A stretch of 64,000 nt of DNA from an uncultured Eubacteriales bacterium (GTDB lineage: Bacteria; Bacillota; Clostridia; Christensenellales; CAG-138): NCBI GenBank assembly GCA_900545265.1, contig UQYI01000007.1, positions 32,278 through 96,277 on the forward strand, written 5' to 3'. The translations under genes and the position numbers were made by a program. The notes beneath the pieces are model-generated. The model was not told the origin of the DNA. It ran no database searches and was given only the letters and a program-made list of their open reading frames with translations. Positions within the stretch are counted from its first letter, which is position 1. Every line of letters starts with the position of its first letter. Positions 1 through 8,363 of the stretch are shown here, piece after piece.

Positions 1-1
1 G

Positions 2-1279
2 GGCATCATGCTGTATCTGAATCCTCTCATCGCCCTAGCGGTAGTGGTGCTTACACCCCTGTCCATCTTTGTGGCCCGGTTCATTACCACCCGCACCCAC
101 CGCTTCTTTAAGGAACAGTCGGTGATCCGCGGAGAACAGACGGCCCTGATCAACGAACTGATAGGGGGCCAGCGGGTAGTAAAGGCCTTTGGCCATGAAG
201 AAGAAAGCCTGACCGAATTTGACGAGATCAACGGCCGTCTGGAAAAGGCCTCCATGCAGGCTACCTTTTTTTCCAGCCTGACCAACCCCTCTACCCGCCT
301 GGTGAACAACCTGGTATACGCCGTAGTCACCCTTATCAGTGCTCTAAGCGCATTGGGCGGACATATTTCCATCGGCCAGCTGAGCATCTTTCTCAGCTAT
401 GCCAGCCAGTATGCCAAGCCGTTCAACGAGATCAGCGGCGTAGTTACGGAGCTGCAGAATGCCCTGACCTGTCTGGAGCGCATCTTCGCCCTGCTGGAGG
501 AGCCGGATCAGATACCCGAAGCAGCGGTTCCTCTTGCTCCTGAGGCCCGGGGGCAGGTGGAGCTTTCCCACATATACTTCAGCTATGTGCCGGAACGACC
601 CCTTATCGAAGACTTTTCCCTGTTTACTGCACCCGGGAAGCGCATCGCCATCGTAGGGCCTACGGGCTGCGGCAAGACCACTCTTATCAACCTGCTCATG
701 CGTTTTTATGATGTAGACAGGGGCGTCATCCGTGTGGACGGAGCGGACATCCGGCAGATGACCCGCCACGACCTGCGCAGCCGCTACGGCATGGTATTGC
801 AGGATACCTGGCTGTGTACCGGTACCGTACGGGAGAATATCGCCTACGGCCGCCCGGACGCCTCTCAGGAGGAGATCATAGCCGCCGCCAAGGCCGCCCA
901 TGCCCATGGCTTTATCCAGCGCCTTCCCCAGGGCTATGATACCCTGCTGACCGAAAACGGGGCCGGTCTTTCCGTGGGGGAGAAGCAGCTGCTGTGCATC
1001 GCACGTGCCATGGTCACCCGCCCCACCATGCTCATACTGGACGAAGCTACCAGCTCCATCGACACCCGCACGGAACTGAAGATCCAGTCTGCTTTTGCCC
1101 ATATGATGGCGGGCCGCACCAGCTTTATCGTGGCGCACCGGCTCTCCACCATTCGTGAAGCCGACCAGATCCTTGTCATGAAGGACGGAAAGATCATTGA
1201 GCAGGGAAATCACGAAAGCCTCCTGGCTCAAAACGGATTCTATGCGGCGCTGTACAACAGCCAGTTCGCCGCCAGCTGA
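2..1279 (+). CDS. ABC exporter, fused permease/ATP-binding protein (MsbA/MdlB-like), 5' end outside window
   Basis: Frame is open to the window edge. C-terminal NBD has Walker A GPTGCGKTT, signature LSVGEKQ, Walker B MLILDEATS and H-loop VAHRLST. Confidence 0.9.
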   Translation, partial: GIMLYLNPLIALAVVVLTPLSIFVARFITTRTHRFFKEQSVIRGEQTALINELIGGQRVVKAFGHEEESLTEFDEINGRLEKASMQATFFSSLTNPSTRLVNNLVYAVVTLISALSALGGHISIGQLSIFLSYASQYAKPFNEISGVVTELQNALTCLERIFALLEEPDQIPEAAVPLAPEARGQVELSHIYFSYVPERPLIEDFSLFTAPGKRIAIVGPTGCGKTTLINLLMRFYDVDRGVIRVDGADIRQMTRHDLRSRYGMVLQDTWLCTGTVRENIAYGRPDASQEEIIAAAKAAHAHGFIQRLPQGYDTLLTENGAGLSVGEKQLLCIARAMVTRPTMLILDEATSSIDTRTELKIQSAFAHMMAGRTSFIVAHRLSTIREADQILVMKDGKIIEQGNHESLLAQNGFYAALYNSQFAAS

Positions 1280-1308
1280 TCCTTTTTCTTGGTACAGGCC
1301 ATGCACAC

Positions 1309-1345
1309 CGCCCGGAAGAGCTGCCGTTCCTCCGGGCGTTTTTTT
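1309..1345 (+). terminator. Rho-independent terminator after ABC exporter
   Basis: GC hairpin CGCCCGGA...TCCGGGCG followed by T7 run. Confidence 0.7.
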
Positions 1346-1415
1346 ATGGTTTTTTCTTTCAATTTCTGCTATGCTGTATTATATTGATAGCAGTCCCTTT
1401 TTACGGAGAAAGAGC

Positions 1416-2288
1416 ATGAACAAACAAAGCATCATAAACGCAGTAAATGCCTTATTCGCAGAAAACGACAAGAATGTCATCAGCAGAGATGCTGCCATCC
1501 GCCCGGATCTGGCCGGAGTGAAATTGTTCGAACAGCCGCTGATCGGATTTGGTTCCGCCGCCGATGCGCTGTTTTCCGCATTCAAAGCCGAGGGTGTTAT
1601 TGGGCCCTGGTTCATGTCCCCGCAGGCATGGCTGCCGGACGGAAAAACCGTCATCTCCCTGTTCTTTCCCTTTACGGAGGCGGTCAAAAGCAGTAACCGG
1701 GATTCTGCAAGCGGGCCTTCCGCCTTATGGCTTCACGGCCGGATAGAAGGCCAGCAGTATATAGCGGACTTTGCTGCGGATATATCCGGATGGTTTAAGG
1801 CACACGGCGTGCAGGTGTGCGTTCCCATACTGGATCAGCGGTTCAGGCAGATCACCCCAAACAGCGGATCGGCGGAATACGGCATTGTTTCCAAAGAGAC
1901 CTTTGGAAGCAACTGGTCAGAACGGCATGCCGCCTATGTCTGCGGATTGGGAACCTTTGGCCTTTCAAAGGGGTTGATAACGGAAAAGGGGATGGCCGGA
2001 CGCTTTCTTTCCTGCATCATCAGCGAAGAGATACCGCCGGATACACGCCCGTATACGGATATATACGCCTATTGCATCCGGTGCGGTGCCTGCATAGAAC
2101 GTTGCCCGGTAAATGCTATCAGCTTTGAGCAAGGAAAGGTGCACAGTATTTGCAGCGCATGGCTGAACAAAACCGCCGCACTGTACAAGCCGCGGTATGG
2201 GTGCGGCCTCTGCCAGACCGCTGTTCCATGCGAAAGCTGCAATCCGGTTGAAAGACGCATGAAAAAGGCCGCTTCCTTCACAGAATAA
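1416..2288 (+). CDS. 4Fe-4S ferredoxin-domain protein, epoxyqueuosine-reductase/reductive-dehalogenase-like
   Basis: ATG at 1416 is preceded by GGAGAAAGAG. C-terminal CIRCGACIERCP plus a second Cys cluster CGLCQTAVPCESC. The track ORF start at 1197 overlaps the upstream gene and is rejected. Confidence 0.6.
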   Translation: MNKQSIINAVNALFAENDKNVISRDAAIRPDLAGVKLFEQPLIGFGSAADALFSAFKAEGVIGPWFMSPQAWLPDGKTVISLFFPFTEAVKSSNRDSASGPSALWLHGRIEGQQYIADFAADISGWFKAHGVQVCVPILDQRFRQITPNSGSAEYGIVSKETFGSNWSERHAAYVCGLGTFGLSKGLITEKGMAGRFLSCIISEEIPPDTRPYTDIYAYCIRCGACIERCPVNAISFEQGKVHSICSAWLNKTAALYKPRYGCGLCQTAVPCESCNPVERRMKKAASFTE

Positions 2289-2401
2289 AGGCCTTTGCAC
2301 CGTATCCCCGTCTTGCCCGGAAAACGATCGCACTCCCTGCGTTTTTCCTTGCTGTGACTGTTTTTATGGAGTAGAAAATCAAAATTTGGAGGTATGAATA
2401 C

Positions 2402-2791
2402 ATGGCAAGTGCGTATTACAAACCTTGCAAGGAATTAGACATTTGCAATGAGTTGATTGAAAAATATTGGGAATCAAAACAATATGACAAATGTTTTGAA
2501 GGACATTTGGTTTTGGCAGAGCAGGGGTATCCCCTGGCGGAATGTCAAATAGGTTATTTTTACTATGACGGACTTGGTGTAGAAAAAGACCTGAAAAAGG
2601 CATTGTATTGGACTCGCCGTGCCGCAGAGCATGGCGATAGAGATGGACAATGCAATTTGGCATGGTTTTATGAGGATGCAATCGGAGTGGAGCAAGATAT
2701 CGAGCAGGCTAAGCATTGGTATCGACTTGCGGCACTGCAAGACCATGATCTGGCAATCGAAAAGTGCAAGGAGCTGGGAGTTGCATTGTAA
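2402..2791 (+). CDS. Sel1-like (TPR-family) repeat protein
   Basis: Three Sel1-type repeats (GYFYYDGLGVEKDLKKALYWTRRAAEHGD; LAWFYEDAIGVEQDIEQAKHWYRLAA). GGAGG lies 9 nt upstream of the ATG. Lower GC than flanks. Confidence 0.8.
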   Translation: MASAYYKPCKELDICNELIEKYWESKQYDKCFEGHLVLAEQGYPLAECQIGYFYYDGLGVEKDLKKALYWTRRAAEHGDRDGQCNLAWFYEDAIGVEQDIEQAKHWYRLAALQDHDLAIEKCKELGVAL

Positions 2792-3118
2792 TTCCCCATT
2801 GCAGCATGATGGACAGTTCGCCAAATTCGTTTTTGTCGTTTCAGTTTTACGAAGCTGAGAAATCCCTTTAGGAACTTAAGGGCGCACTTCTATACTCCCT
2901 GTCGAGAGTAGTACGTCCTGCGGAGCTTCATTCTCTGTCAGCTGTCAGCAGATGAAAACTGCATGACTGAAAATGCTTCGTCATGACCTTCCGTCAAGGG
3001 AGCTACACTCCCTTGCGACGTTTGCGCGTCTATTTCTTGTGGACTTGCCGTTCGCCGCCAGCAAGTTTGAAGATGAGAAAGTTGGATAAATTTCAAATTT
3101 GTTACGGAGGAATATGCT

Positions 3119-3664
3119 GTGAAAAAGATCATATCCATAGTGCTTTTTCTTTTGCTTGCGCTGTCATTGACATGCTGCGGAAAACAAAATGAAGCGCCTG
3201 AAGATACCCAAGCACTCACTGCATCAAAATGGTTTGACTCTCTTAATGGCGATGAAATGATCTGGGACGGCGTTCGGGAGATCCAGCTGGATGAGTTTCC
3301 CGGCGTCACGTTCCGTTGGCACCCTGAAAAGCTCGAAGCTGTCACTGACAGGGAAATCATTCCTCTCTACACCGGTATGCCTATCTGGAGCGTGTATTTT
3401 TGCGACCTGAACGGCGACGGCAGGCCGGAACTTTGTTCCACAACCAGCGTTGGTTCGGGAATCGTTGACAATCGTTTTATTATTTACGATTATGCCAACA
3501 GCACAAGCTATGAGAAATCCGATCGCGGGCAATATGATTACACGCTCAATCTGCAAAACGGCAAGCTGATCGTAGAAAAGCGGGGTTATATGCAGGAGAA
3601 GCTGCTGGCTTCAGGAGAATTGGTATTTCGGGATGAATCCTATCAGATCGTTTGGGATAAATAA
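3119..3664 (+). CDS. Hypothetical lipoprotein with DxNxDG (FG-GAP/calcium-loop-like) motif
   Basis: GTG start after GGAGGA. Signal peptide with lipobox LSLTCC. Motif CDLNGDGRPEL. Confidence 0.6.
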   Translation: MKKIISIVLFLLLALSLTCCGKQNEAPEDTQALTASKWFDSLNGDEMIWDGVREIQLDEFPGVTFRWHPEKLEAVTDREIIPLYTGMPIWSVYFCDLNGDGRPELCSTTSVGSGIVDNRFIIYDYANSTSYEKSDRGQYDYTLNLQNGKLIVEKRGYMQEKLLASGELVFRDESYQIVWDK

Positions 3665-3758
3665 AAATACGGCCGGATAGCCGCAGTCCCCCTGCTTTAC
3701 CGGGGCGGAGGCTGCGGCTATGGGTATTTGCCGCCCTGCTCCCTGTGCTGCTTAAACC

Positions 3759-3789
3759 AAAAGACGCGGCTGTGAAAGCCACGTCTTTT
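3759..3789. terminator. Bidirectional terminator between convergent genes
   Basis: AAAAGACGCGGC-loop-GCCACGTCTTTT hairpin flanked by A and T runs. Confidence 0.6.
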
Positions 3790-3819
3790 ATTTGCCTGTA
3801 TGCACATCCATGTGCACTT

Positions 3820-4539
3820 TTATGCCGCCTGTTTTTTCAGGAACGGAGCTTCCAGCCGCTCTATAAGCCCACCCAACCTACATTTGTTGGCCAGGAACAG
3901 TCCCAATTCTGCAGCCAGTATCCCGGCGGGTACATCCACCAGCACATGCTGCTTCACCAGCAAGGTAGAGGCAAACACCAGCAGAGTCATCAGCGCCGTC
4001 AGCGGCAGATACCACCGGGGCACGCCCTTAAAACGCAGCGCATTGCGGAAGCACAGCCAGCTTTCCAGGCAGTGGATGGAAGGGAGCAGATTTTTTGGCG
4101 CATCGCTTTTGTAAATGCAGCGGGTAAGAAAAGCCGCAAAGGAATCCCCCTGAGGCACAGGCCGTGTCATGATTGTAGGCAGAAGAATAAAAAACAGGCA
4201 GCAGATCCCTTTGCTTATCCATTCTCCCGCCAGCCGCCGGTTCATAAAAGACCGCTCCTGACGGGCCAGCAGCATCCAGCCCATGGCCCACTGAAAGTAT
4301 GCCAACACATAAATATAGATAAATTCCTGACAAAAGGGAATGCTTTCGTCTATCGGCAGCCCCATATATACCGGTTGGATCCCCGTAGGGATGAGCTTTG
4401 GCACATAATAAGCAAGGCCGTTTACCGCCACAGTCAGCAGCACCGGCAGCACGGCATACCGGGGTACATGCTTCCACAGAAACCACAGGCAAAATCCCAG
4501 CCCGAGAACCAGCAATATCCATAAAATGATCCAGTACAT
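3820..4539 (-). CDS. PAP2-superfamily integral membrane protein
   Basis: Polytopic membrane protein. PAP2-like motifs LPSIHCLES and KQHVLVDVPAG. Confidence 0.55.
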   Translation of the reverse strand: MYWIILWILLVLGLGFCLWFLWKHVPRYAVLPVLLTVAVNGLAYYVPKLIPTGIQPVYMGLPIDESIPFCQEFIYIYVLAYFQWAMGWMLLARQERSFMNRRLAGEWISKGICCLFFILLPTIMTRPVPQGDSFAAFLTRCIYKSDAPKNLLPSIHCLESWLCFRNALRFKGVPRWYLPLTALMTLLVFASTLLVKQHVLVDVPAGILAAELGLFLANKCRLGGLIERLEAPFLKKQAA

Positions 4540-4554
4540 TGTTTTCTGCTCCGG

Positions 4555-4989
4555 TCAGCGGCCCCGGTGCTTTTCCTTTCTTTTTTGCTGCGCCATGGCA
4601 AAACGCCGGGCGGCCTCCACCTCCCGCTCTGCTTTGGTATGCGCCTTCTTTTCCTGTTTGTGCAGCTCCCGCTGGGCCTGCAAAGCCTGCTGGGCGCGGG
4701 TGCCTATCCCCGCCTGTGCCGTTTGCCGCCGGGCTTCCCGCTGCCGCCGCTTATGATTTTTCTCTCCCGCAGCAGGCTTTTCTCCCTTTATGGGTGCACT
4801 AAATAACAGTTGCCCGTATTGCTGCTGCACATATGCCAGCACCTGAGCATCCGTAGGTTCCGGGCCAAAGGTGATCTTGCACACCCGCAGCCGCCCTGCT
4901 TCCCGCTTTTCAAAGAGCCCTACATAAAAAGGCTCCTCAAAAAACACCTGTAAACTCCCGGATACCTGCTCCGGGGTCTGTGAAGCCAT
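4555..4989 (-). CDS. yjdF: YjdF / DUF2992 family protein
   Basis: By-eye similarity to B. subtilis YjdF (QVFFEEPFYVGLFE..; K/R-rich tail ending KEKHRGR). ATG at 4989 follows AAGGAGGG. Confidence 0.8.
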   Translation of the reverse strand: MASQTPEQVSGSLQVFFEEPFYVGLFEKREAGRLRVCKITFGPEPTDAQVLAYVQQQYGQLLFSAPIKGEKPAAGEKNHKRRQREARRQTAQAGIGTRAQQALQAQRELHKQEKKAHTKAEREVEAARRFAMAQQKRKEKHRGR

Positions 4990-5113
4990 ATACACTTTCC
5001 CTCCTTTTTCAAGTATGCCGCACAGGGAAGGGACAACCAAAGGAGGCAGGTTACTGACGGGGGACTCCCCCGCTCCCGGACTACCTACCGGGACGTGTTT
5101 TTATCCCTGTTGT
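4990..5113 (-). ncRNA. Structured 5' leader, candidate yjdF-motif riboswitch
   Basis: Leader has several GC helices. A CCUCCUUU tract (5039-5046) is complementary to the SD. The genomic context matches the known yjdF motif association. Confidence 0.4.
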
Positions 5114-5119
5114 ATGGCG

Positions 5120-5148
5120 AGTATAGCAGATGCAGCGATATTCTTCAA
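5120..5148 (-). promoter_or_regulatory. Sigma-A-like promoter for yjdF leader
   Basis: TTGAAG - 17 nt - TATACT on minus strand. Confidence 0.45.
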
Positions 5149-5195
5149 TTCCTGTGCCAAAAGGTTGCTGAAATCTCACAATTCCCCGGCCAAAC

Positions 5196-5229
5196 ATAAA
5201 AAGCCATGCCTGCCGAAGCAGACACGGCT
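5196..5229 (-). terminator. Terminator of darA
   Basis: Hairpin AGCCGUGUCUGC-UUCG-GCAGGCAUGGCU followed by a U-run on the minus strand. Confidence 0.65.
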
Positions 5230-5251
5230 CTGTTGCGTGCATATATGCGTT

Positions 5252-5578
5252 TTACATTTTTTCGAACTGCTCCACGTTGGAAATAAAGACCGTGGCGCCC
5301 CCAACTTCTACCTCTGCCGTATAAAAAGCGTTGTACAGGCTGTATTCGTTATAGATGGCCGCTGGTACCTTGGCCTTGCGCCGGGCACAATGCTCCCGGA
5401 TCAGCTGCACGGCATGCTCCACCTTTTCATCTTCTGTGCCCATAAGCAGGGTGATGTTGCCGGAGCGGAGAAAGCCGCCGGTAGTGGAGATCTTGGTGAA
5501 CATATAGCCTGCTTCCGTCAAAGCCCGGCACACGTCCGCTCCGTCGTCCTTATTGACGATGGCTGTGATCATTTTCAT
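5252..5578 (-). CDS. darA: PII-like cyclic-di-AMP receptor (DarA/PstA, YaaQ/DUF970 family)
   Basis: 109 aa starting MKMITAIVNKDD.., typical YaaQ length and sequence. GGAGG RBS. Confidence 0.8.
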   Translation of the reverse strand: MKMITAIVNKDDGADVCRALTEAGYMFTKISTTGGFLRSGNITLLMGTEDEKVEHAVQLIREHCARRKAKVPAAIYNEYSLYNAFYTAEVEVGGATVFISNVEQFEKM

Positions 5579-5721
5579 GGCGTACACCTCCTTTTTTGTA
5601 TAGTATATCACGTTCCTGCCAAAAGAACAACCATTTCCGCGGGAGATGCCGCCATACTTTTGCATTGCAATACGTTTCATTTTGTGATACGCTCACAGGT
5701 AAAAAGCAAGGAGGCGTTCTC

Positions 5722-6552
5722 ATGGCTCTTCCTCTGGAGCGGGAAGCTTATACAGAACCCCGCTGCCCCCTTTCCCCGCCGGCCCGGGCTGGCAGCCAGG
5801 GCCATTCCATCCCCCGGAACAGAGTATTGGAAAAACTGGATCAGTATCTGGCCCGCAGGGATTACCCGGGCGCAGAGCGACACCTTGTCTACTGGCTGGA
5901 GGAAGCCCGCCAGAACGGCGATGAAGAAGGGGCTTTTCTGGTACTCAACGAGCTTATGGGCCTCTACCGCAAGCTGAACCGAGAGGAAGAAGCCATTGCC
6001 TGTGCCCAGGAAGCGCTGGCCCTCTCTCATTCTCTGGATCTGGATAAAGGACCTTCCGGGGCTACCTGCCTGGTCAATGCAGCCACGGTACTGGAAGCTT
6101 TCGGTCGGTATGATGCGGCTCTTTCCCATTTTGAAGCCGCGCAGGAACTGTATGAGGCTCTGCTGCCGGCGAATGATCCCCGGCTGGGCGGATTATATAA
6201 CAACATGGGCCTGTGCCTGAGTGCGCTGGGCCGGTACGAAGAAGCCCTCTGTCTTTATCGCCGGGCCATGGCCATCATGGAGACTGCGCCCTATGGCCCC
6301 TGGGAACAGGCCGTCACCTGCCTGAACATGGCCAACACGCTGGAAAAGCAAAAGGGTCTGGAAGCGGGAGCGGAAGAGATCGAAGCCCTTATGGAGGAAG
6401 CCTGGACCAGACTGGACCTGCCCTCCCCCGTCCGGGACGGCTATTACGCTTTCGTGTGTGAAAAGTGTGCCCCTACCTTCTCGTACTACGGGTATTTTGC
6501 CTATACCGGGGAACTGAAAAAGCGTTCCGAGGAGCTGTATGCAGGGGCTTGA
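5722..6552 (+). CDS. Tetratricopeptide-repeat protein
   Basis: ATG after AAGGAGG. Repeated TPR-like helices (AFLVLNELMGLYRKLNREEEA, LYNNMGLCLSALGRYEEA..). Confidence 0.7.
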   Translation: MALPLEREAYTEPRCPLSPPARAGSQGHSIPRNRVLEKLDQYLARRDYPGAERHLVYWLEEARQNGDEEGAFLVLNELMGLYRKLNREEEAIACAQEALALSHSLDLDKGPSGATCLVNAATVLEAFGRYDAALSHFEAAQELYEALLPANDPRLGGLYNNMGLCLSALGRYEEALCLYRRAMAIMETAPYGPWEQAVTCLNMANTLEKQKGLEAGAEEIEALMEEAWTRLDLPSPVRDGYYAFVCEKCAPTFSYYGYFAYTGELKKRSEELYAGA

Positions 6553-7480
6553 ACTTTGCCGGGCCTATTTTGAAACCTGGGGCCGCCCCATGCTGGAAAA
6601 GGAATTTCCCGAACTGCTGCCGCTTGTGGCCGCCGGGCTTATGGGCAGCGGATCCGAGTGTTTGGGCTACGATGATGAGATCTCCCGGGATCACGATTTT
6701 GAACCCGGTTTCTGCCTGCTCCTGCCCGAAGAAGCAGCCGTAGACAGGCGAACGGCCTTTCTGCTGGAGCGGGCGTATGCAAAGCTGCCCAAAACATTCA
6801 TGGGCTTTACCCGCAGCGCGCTGTCCCCGGCAGGCGGCCCCCGTCACGGCGTATGGCGTACGGCAGAATTTTTTACAGAAAAGCTGGGCGCTCCCGATGG
6901 ATGCCTGACGCTGCAGCAGTGGCTGACCCTATCCCCGCAGACGCTTCTGGAAGCTTCCGGCGGTACAGTCTTTTATGACGGATTGGGAGAAGTCACAGCC
7001 ATCCGGCAGCGCATCTCCCGTTTTCCGGAGGCTGTCCGCAGAAAGCGCCTGGCAGGGCAGCTGCTTCTCATGCATCAGGCCGGGCCCTACAACTACCCCC
7101 GTTGCCTGGCCCGCAGGGATCCTGCGGCGGCTCAGCTGGCGCTGGGAGAATATGTCCGCCACGCTCTCAGCACTGCTTTTCTGCTGGAGAACGTATATGA
7201 GCCCTATTACAAGTGGGTCTTCCGGGGTCTGCGCGCTCTGCCGGTCATGAAGGATATGGCCCCGCTGCTGGAGTACCTGCTGACCGCAGACAATGAAGGC
7301 GACCGTCCCGAGATCAAGGCCGGGCTCATGGAAGATATAGGGGATATGTGCATTGAGAGCCTTCGGGCACAGGGGCTGAGCGCCATGGAGTGCCGGGATC
7401 TGAGCCGCCATGCCTGTTCCGTCAACGACCGTATCCGGGAGGACGAAGTGCGTCTGCTGCACATTCTCTGCACCGTGTAA
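6539..7480 (+). CDS. Nucleotidyltransferase-like / DUF4037 domain protein
   Basis: N-terminal GSGSECLGYDDEISRDHD (Pol-beta NTase-like G-S...D.D). Overlaps the TPR gene by 14 nt. Confidence 0.6.
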   Translation: MQGLELCRAYFETWGRPMLEKEFPELLPLVAAGLMGSGSECLGYDDEISRDHDFEPGFCLLLPEEAAVDRRTAFLLERAYAKLPKTFMGFTRSALSPAGGPRHGVWRTAEFFTEKLGAPDGCLTLQQWLTLSPQTLLEASGGTVFYDGLGEVTAIRQRISRFPEAVRRKRLAGQLLLMHQAGPYNYPRCLARRDPAAAQLALGEYVRHALSTAFLLENVYEPYYKWVFRGLRALPVMKDMAPLLEYLLTADNEGDRPEIKAGLMEDIGDMCIESLRAQGLSAMECRDLSRHACSVNDRIREDEVRLLHILCTV

Positions 7481-7499
7481 AACAAGGAGAACTGCCATT

Positions 7500-8189
7500 A
7501 TGATGATTCATGGGCTGCAAAAAATGACCCTGCTGGACTTTCCCGGCCGGGTGGCCTGTACGATTTTCCTGGGAGGCTGCGACTTCCGCTGCCCTTACTG
7601 CCATAATGCTGAACTGCTGGACGGCACCTGGCCCCCGGAAATGGAAGAGGAAACGCTGCTCCGCTTTCTGCAAAAGCGCCGGGGTCTGCTGGATGGCGTG
7701 GCTGTCACCGGCGGGGAACCCCTGCTGCGGGACATTGGGCCCCTGCTGGAGAAGATCAAGGCCATGGGCTTCGCCGTGAAGCTGGATACCAACGGGACCC
7801 ATCCGGATCGGCTGGCAGACCTTATCCGGCGCAGGCTGGTGGATTATGTGGCCATGGATATAAAAAACAGTCCGGAAAAGTATGCTCTGACCGTAGGCCT
7901 TTCCGCCGTGGATCTGACCCCCATAAGAAAGAGCGTCTCCCTGCTGCTGGAAGGGCAGACGGAGTATGAGTTCCGCACCACCGTCTGCGCCCAGTTGCAT
8001 AAGGATACAGACCTGCGCGCCATCGGCCAATGGATCCAGGGGGCCTCCAGATACTTTATTCAGCCCTTTGCCCCCCGGGACAGCGTCCCCTGCCAAAGCC
8101 TTACTGCGCCTGGAAAAGAGGCTCTGGAAGCCTTTGTGCGGGCAGTGGCTCCATATGTGGGGTCCGTGACCCTCCGGGGAGCCGATTAG
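7500..8189 (+). CDS. nrdG: Anaerobic ribonucleoside-triphosphate reductase activating protein (radical SAM)
   Basis: CDFRCPYCHN CxxxCxxC motif, VTGGEP. AAGGAGA RBS 9 nt upstream. Confidence 0.9.
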   Translation: MMIHGLQKMTLLDFPGRVACTIFLGGCDFRCPYCHNAELLDGTWPPEMEEETLLRFLQKRRGLLDGVAVTGGEPLLRDIGPLLEKIKAMGFAVKLDTNGTHPDRLADLIRRRLVDYVAMDIKNSPEKYALTVGLSAVDLTPIRKSVSLLLEGQTEYEFRTTVCAQLHKDTDLRAIGQWIQGASRYFIQPFAPRDSVPCQSLTAPGKEALEAFVRAVAPYVGSVTLRGAD

Positions 8190-8220
8190 GAGCGTATATT
8201 GGGTATGCAAAGCGCATAAA

Positions 8221-8267
8221 TAACTATATGTTGTGGTTTTATGAATTTCGTCCACCATATATTGACT
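8221..8267. promoter_or_regulatory. Two tandem NrdR boxes
   Basis: Cores CTATATGTTG (8224-8233) and CCATATATTG (8255-8264) match the NrdR consensus CwAtATaTwG. They are spaced 31 bp centre to centre. Confidence 0.55.
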
Positions 8268-8290
8268 TTCTCCGCATTGTATGGTATCTT
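8262..8290 (+). promoter_or_regulatory. Candidate nrdD promoter overlapping NrdR box 2
   Basis: TTGACT - 17 nt - TGgTATCTT (extended -10). Confidence 0.4.
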
Positions 8291-8363
8291 CGTACTGCTT
8301 CGATTTTGCATACGTCCGGGCCCCGGGCCCGCGATAATACCATCAAACAGCGGGGGATTTTTT

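Noticed and set aside
1197-1415. Long N-terminal extension of the ferredoxin-domain ORF, overlapping the ABC exporter and its terminator
   Set aside because: The extension overlaps the upstream CDS and runs through a terminator hairpin. A good SD precedes the internal ATG at 1416.
5015-5977. 320-aa plus-strand ORF spanning the yjdF leader, darA (antisense) and the TPR gene start
   Set aside because: It runs antisense through a well-supported darA gene and across two promoters and a terminator. It has no motifs.
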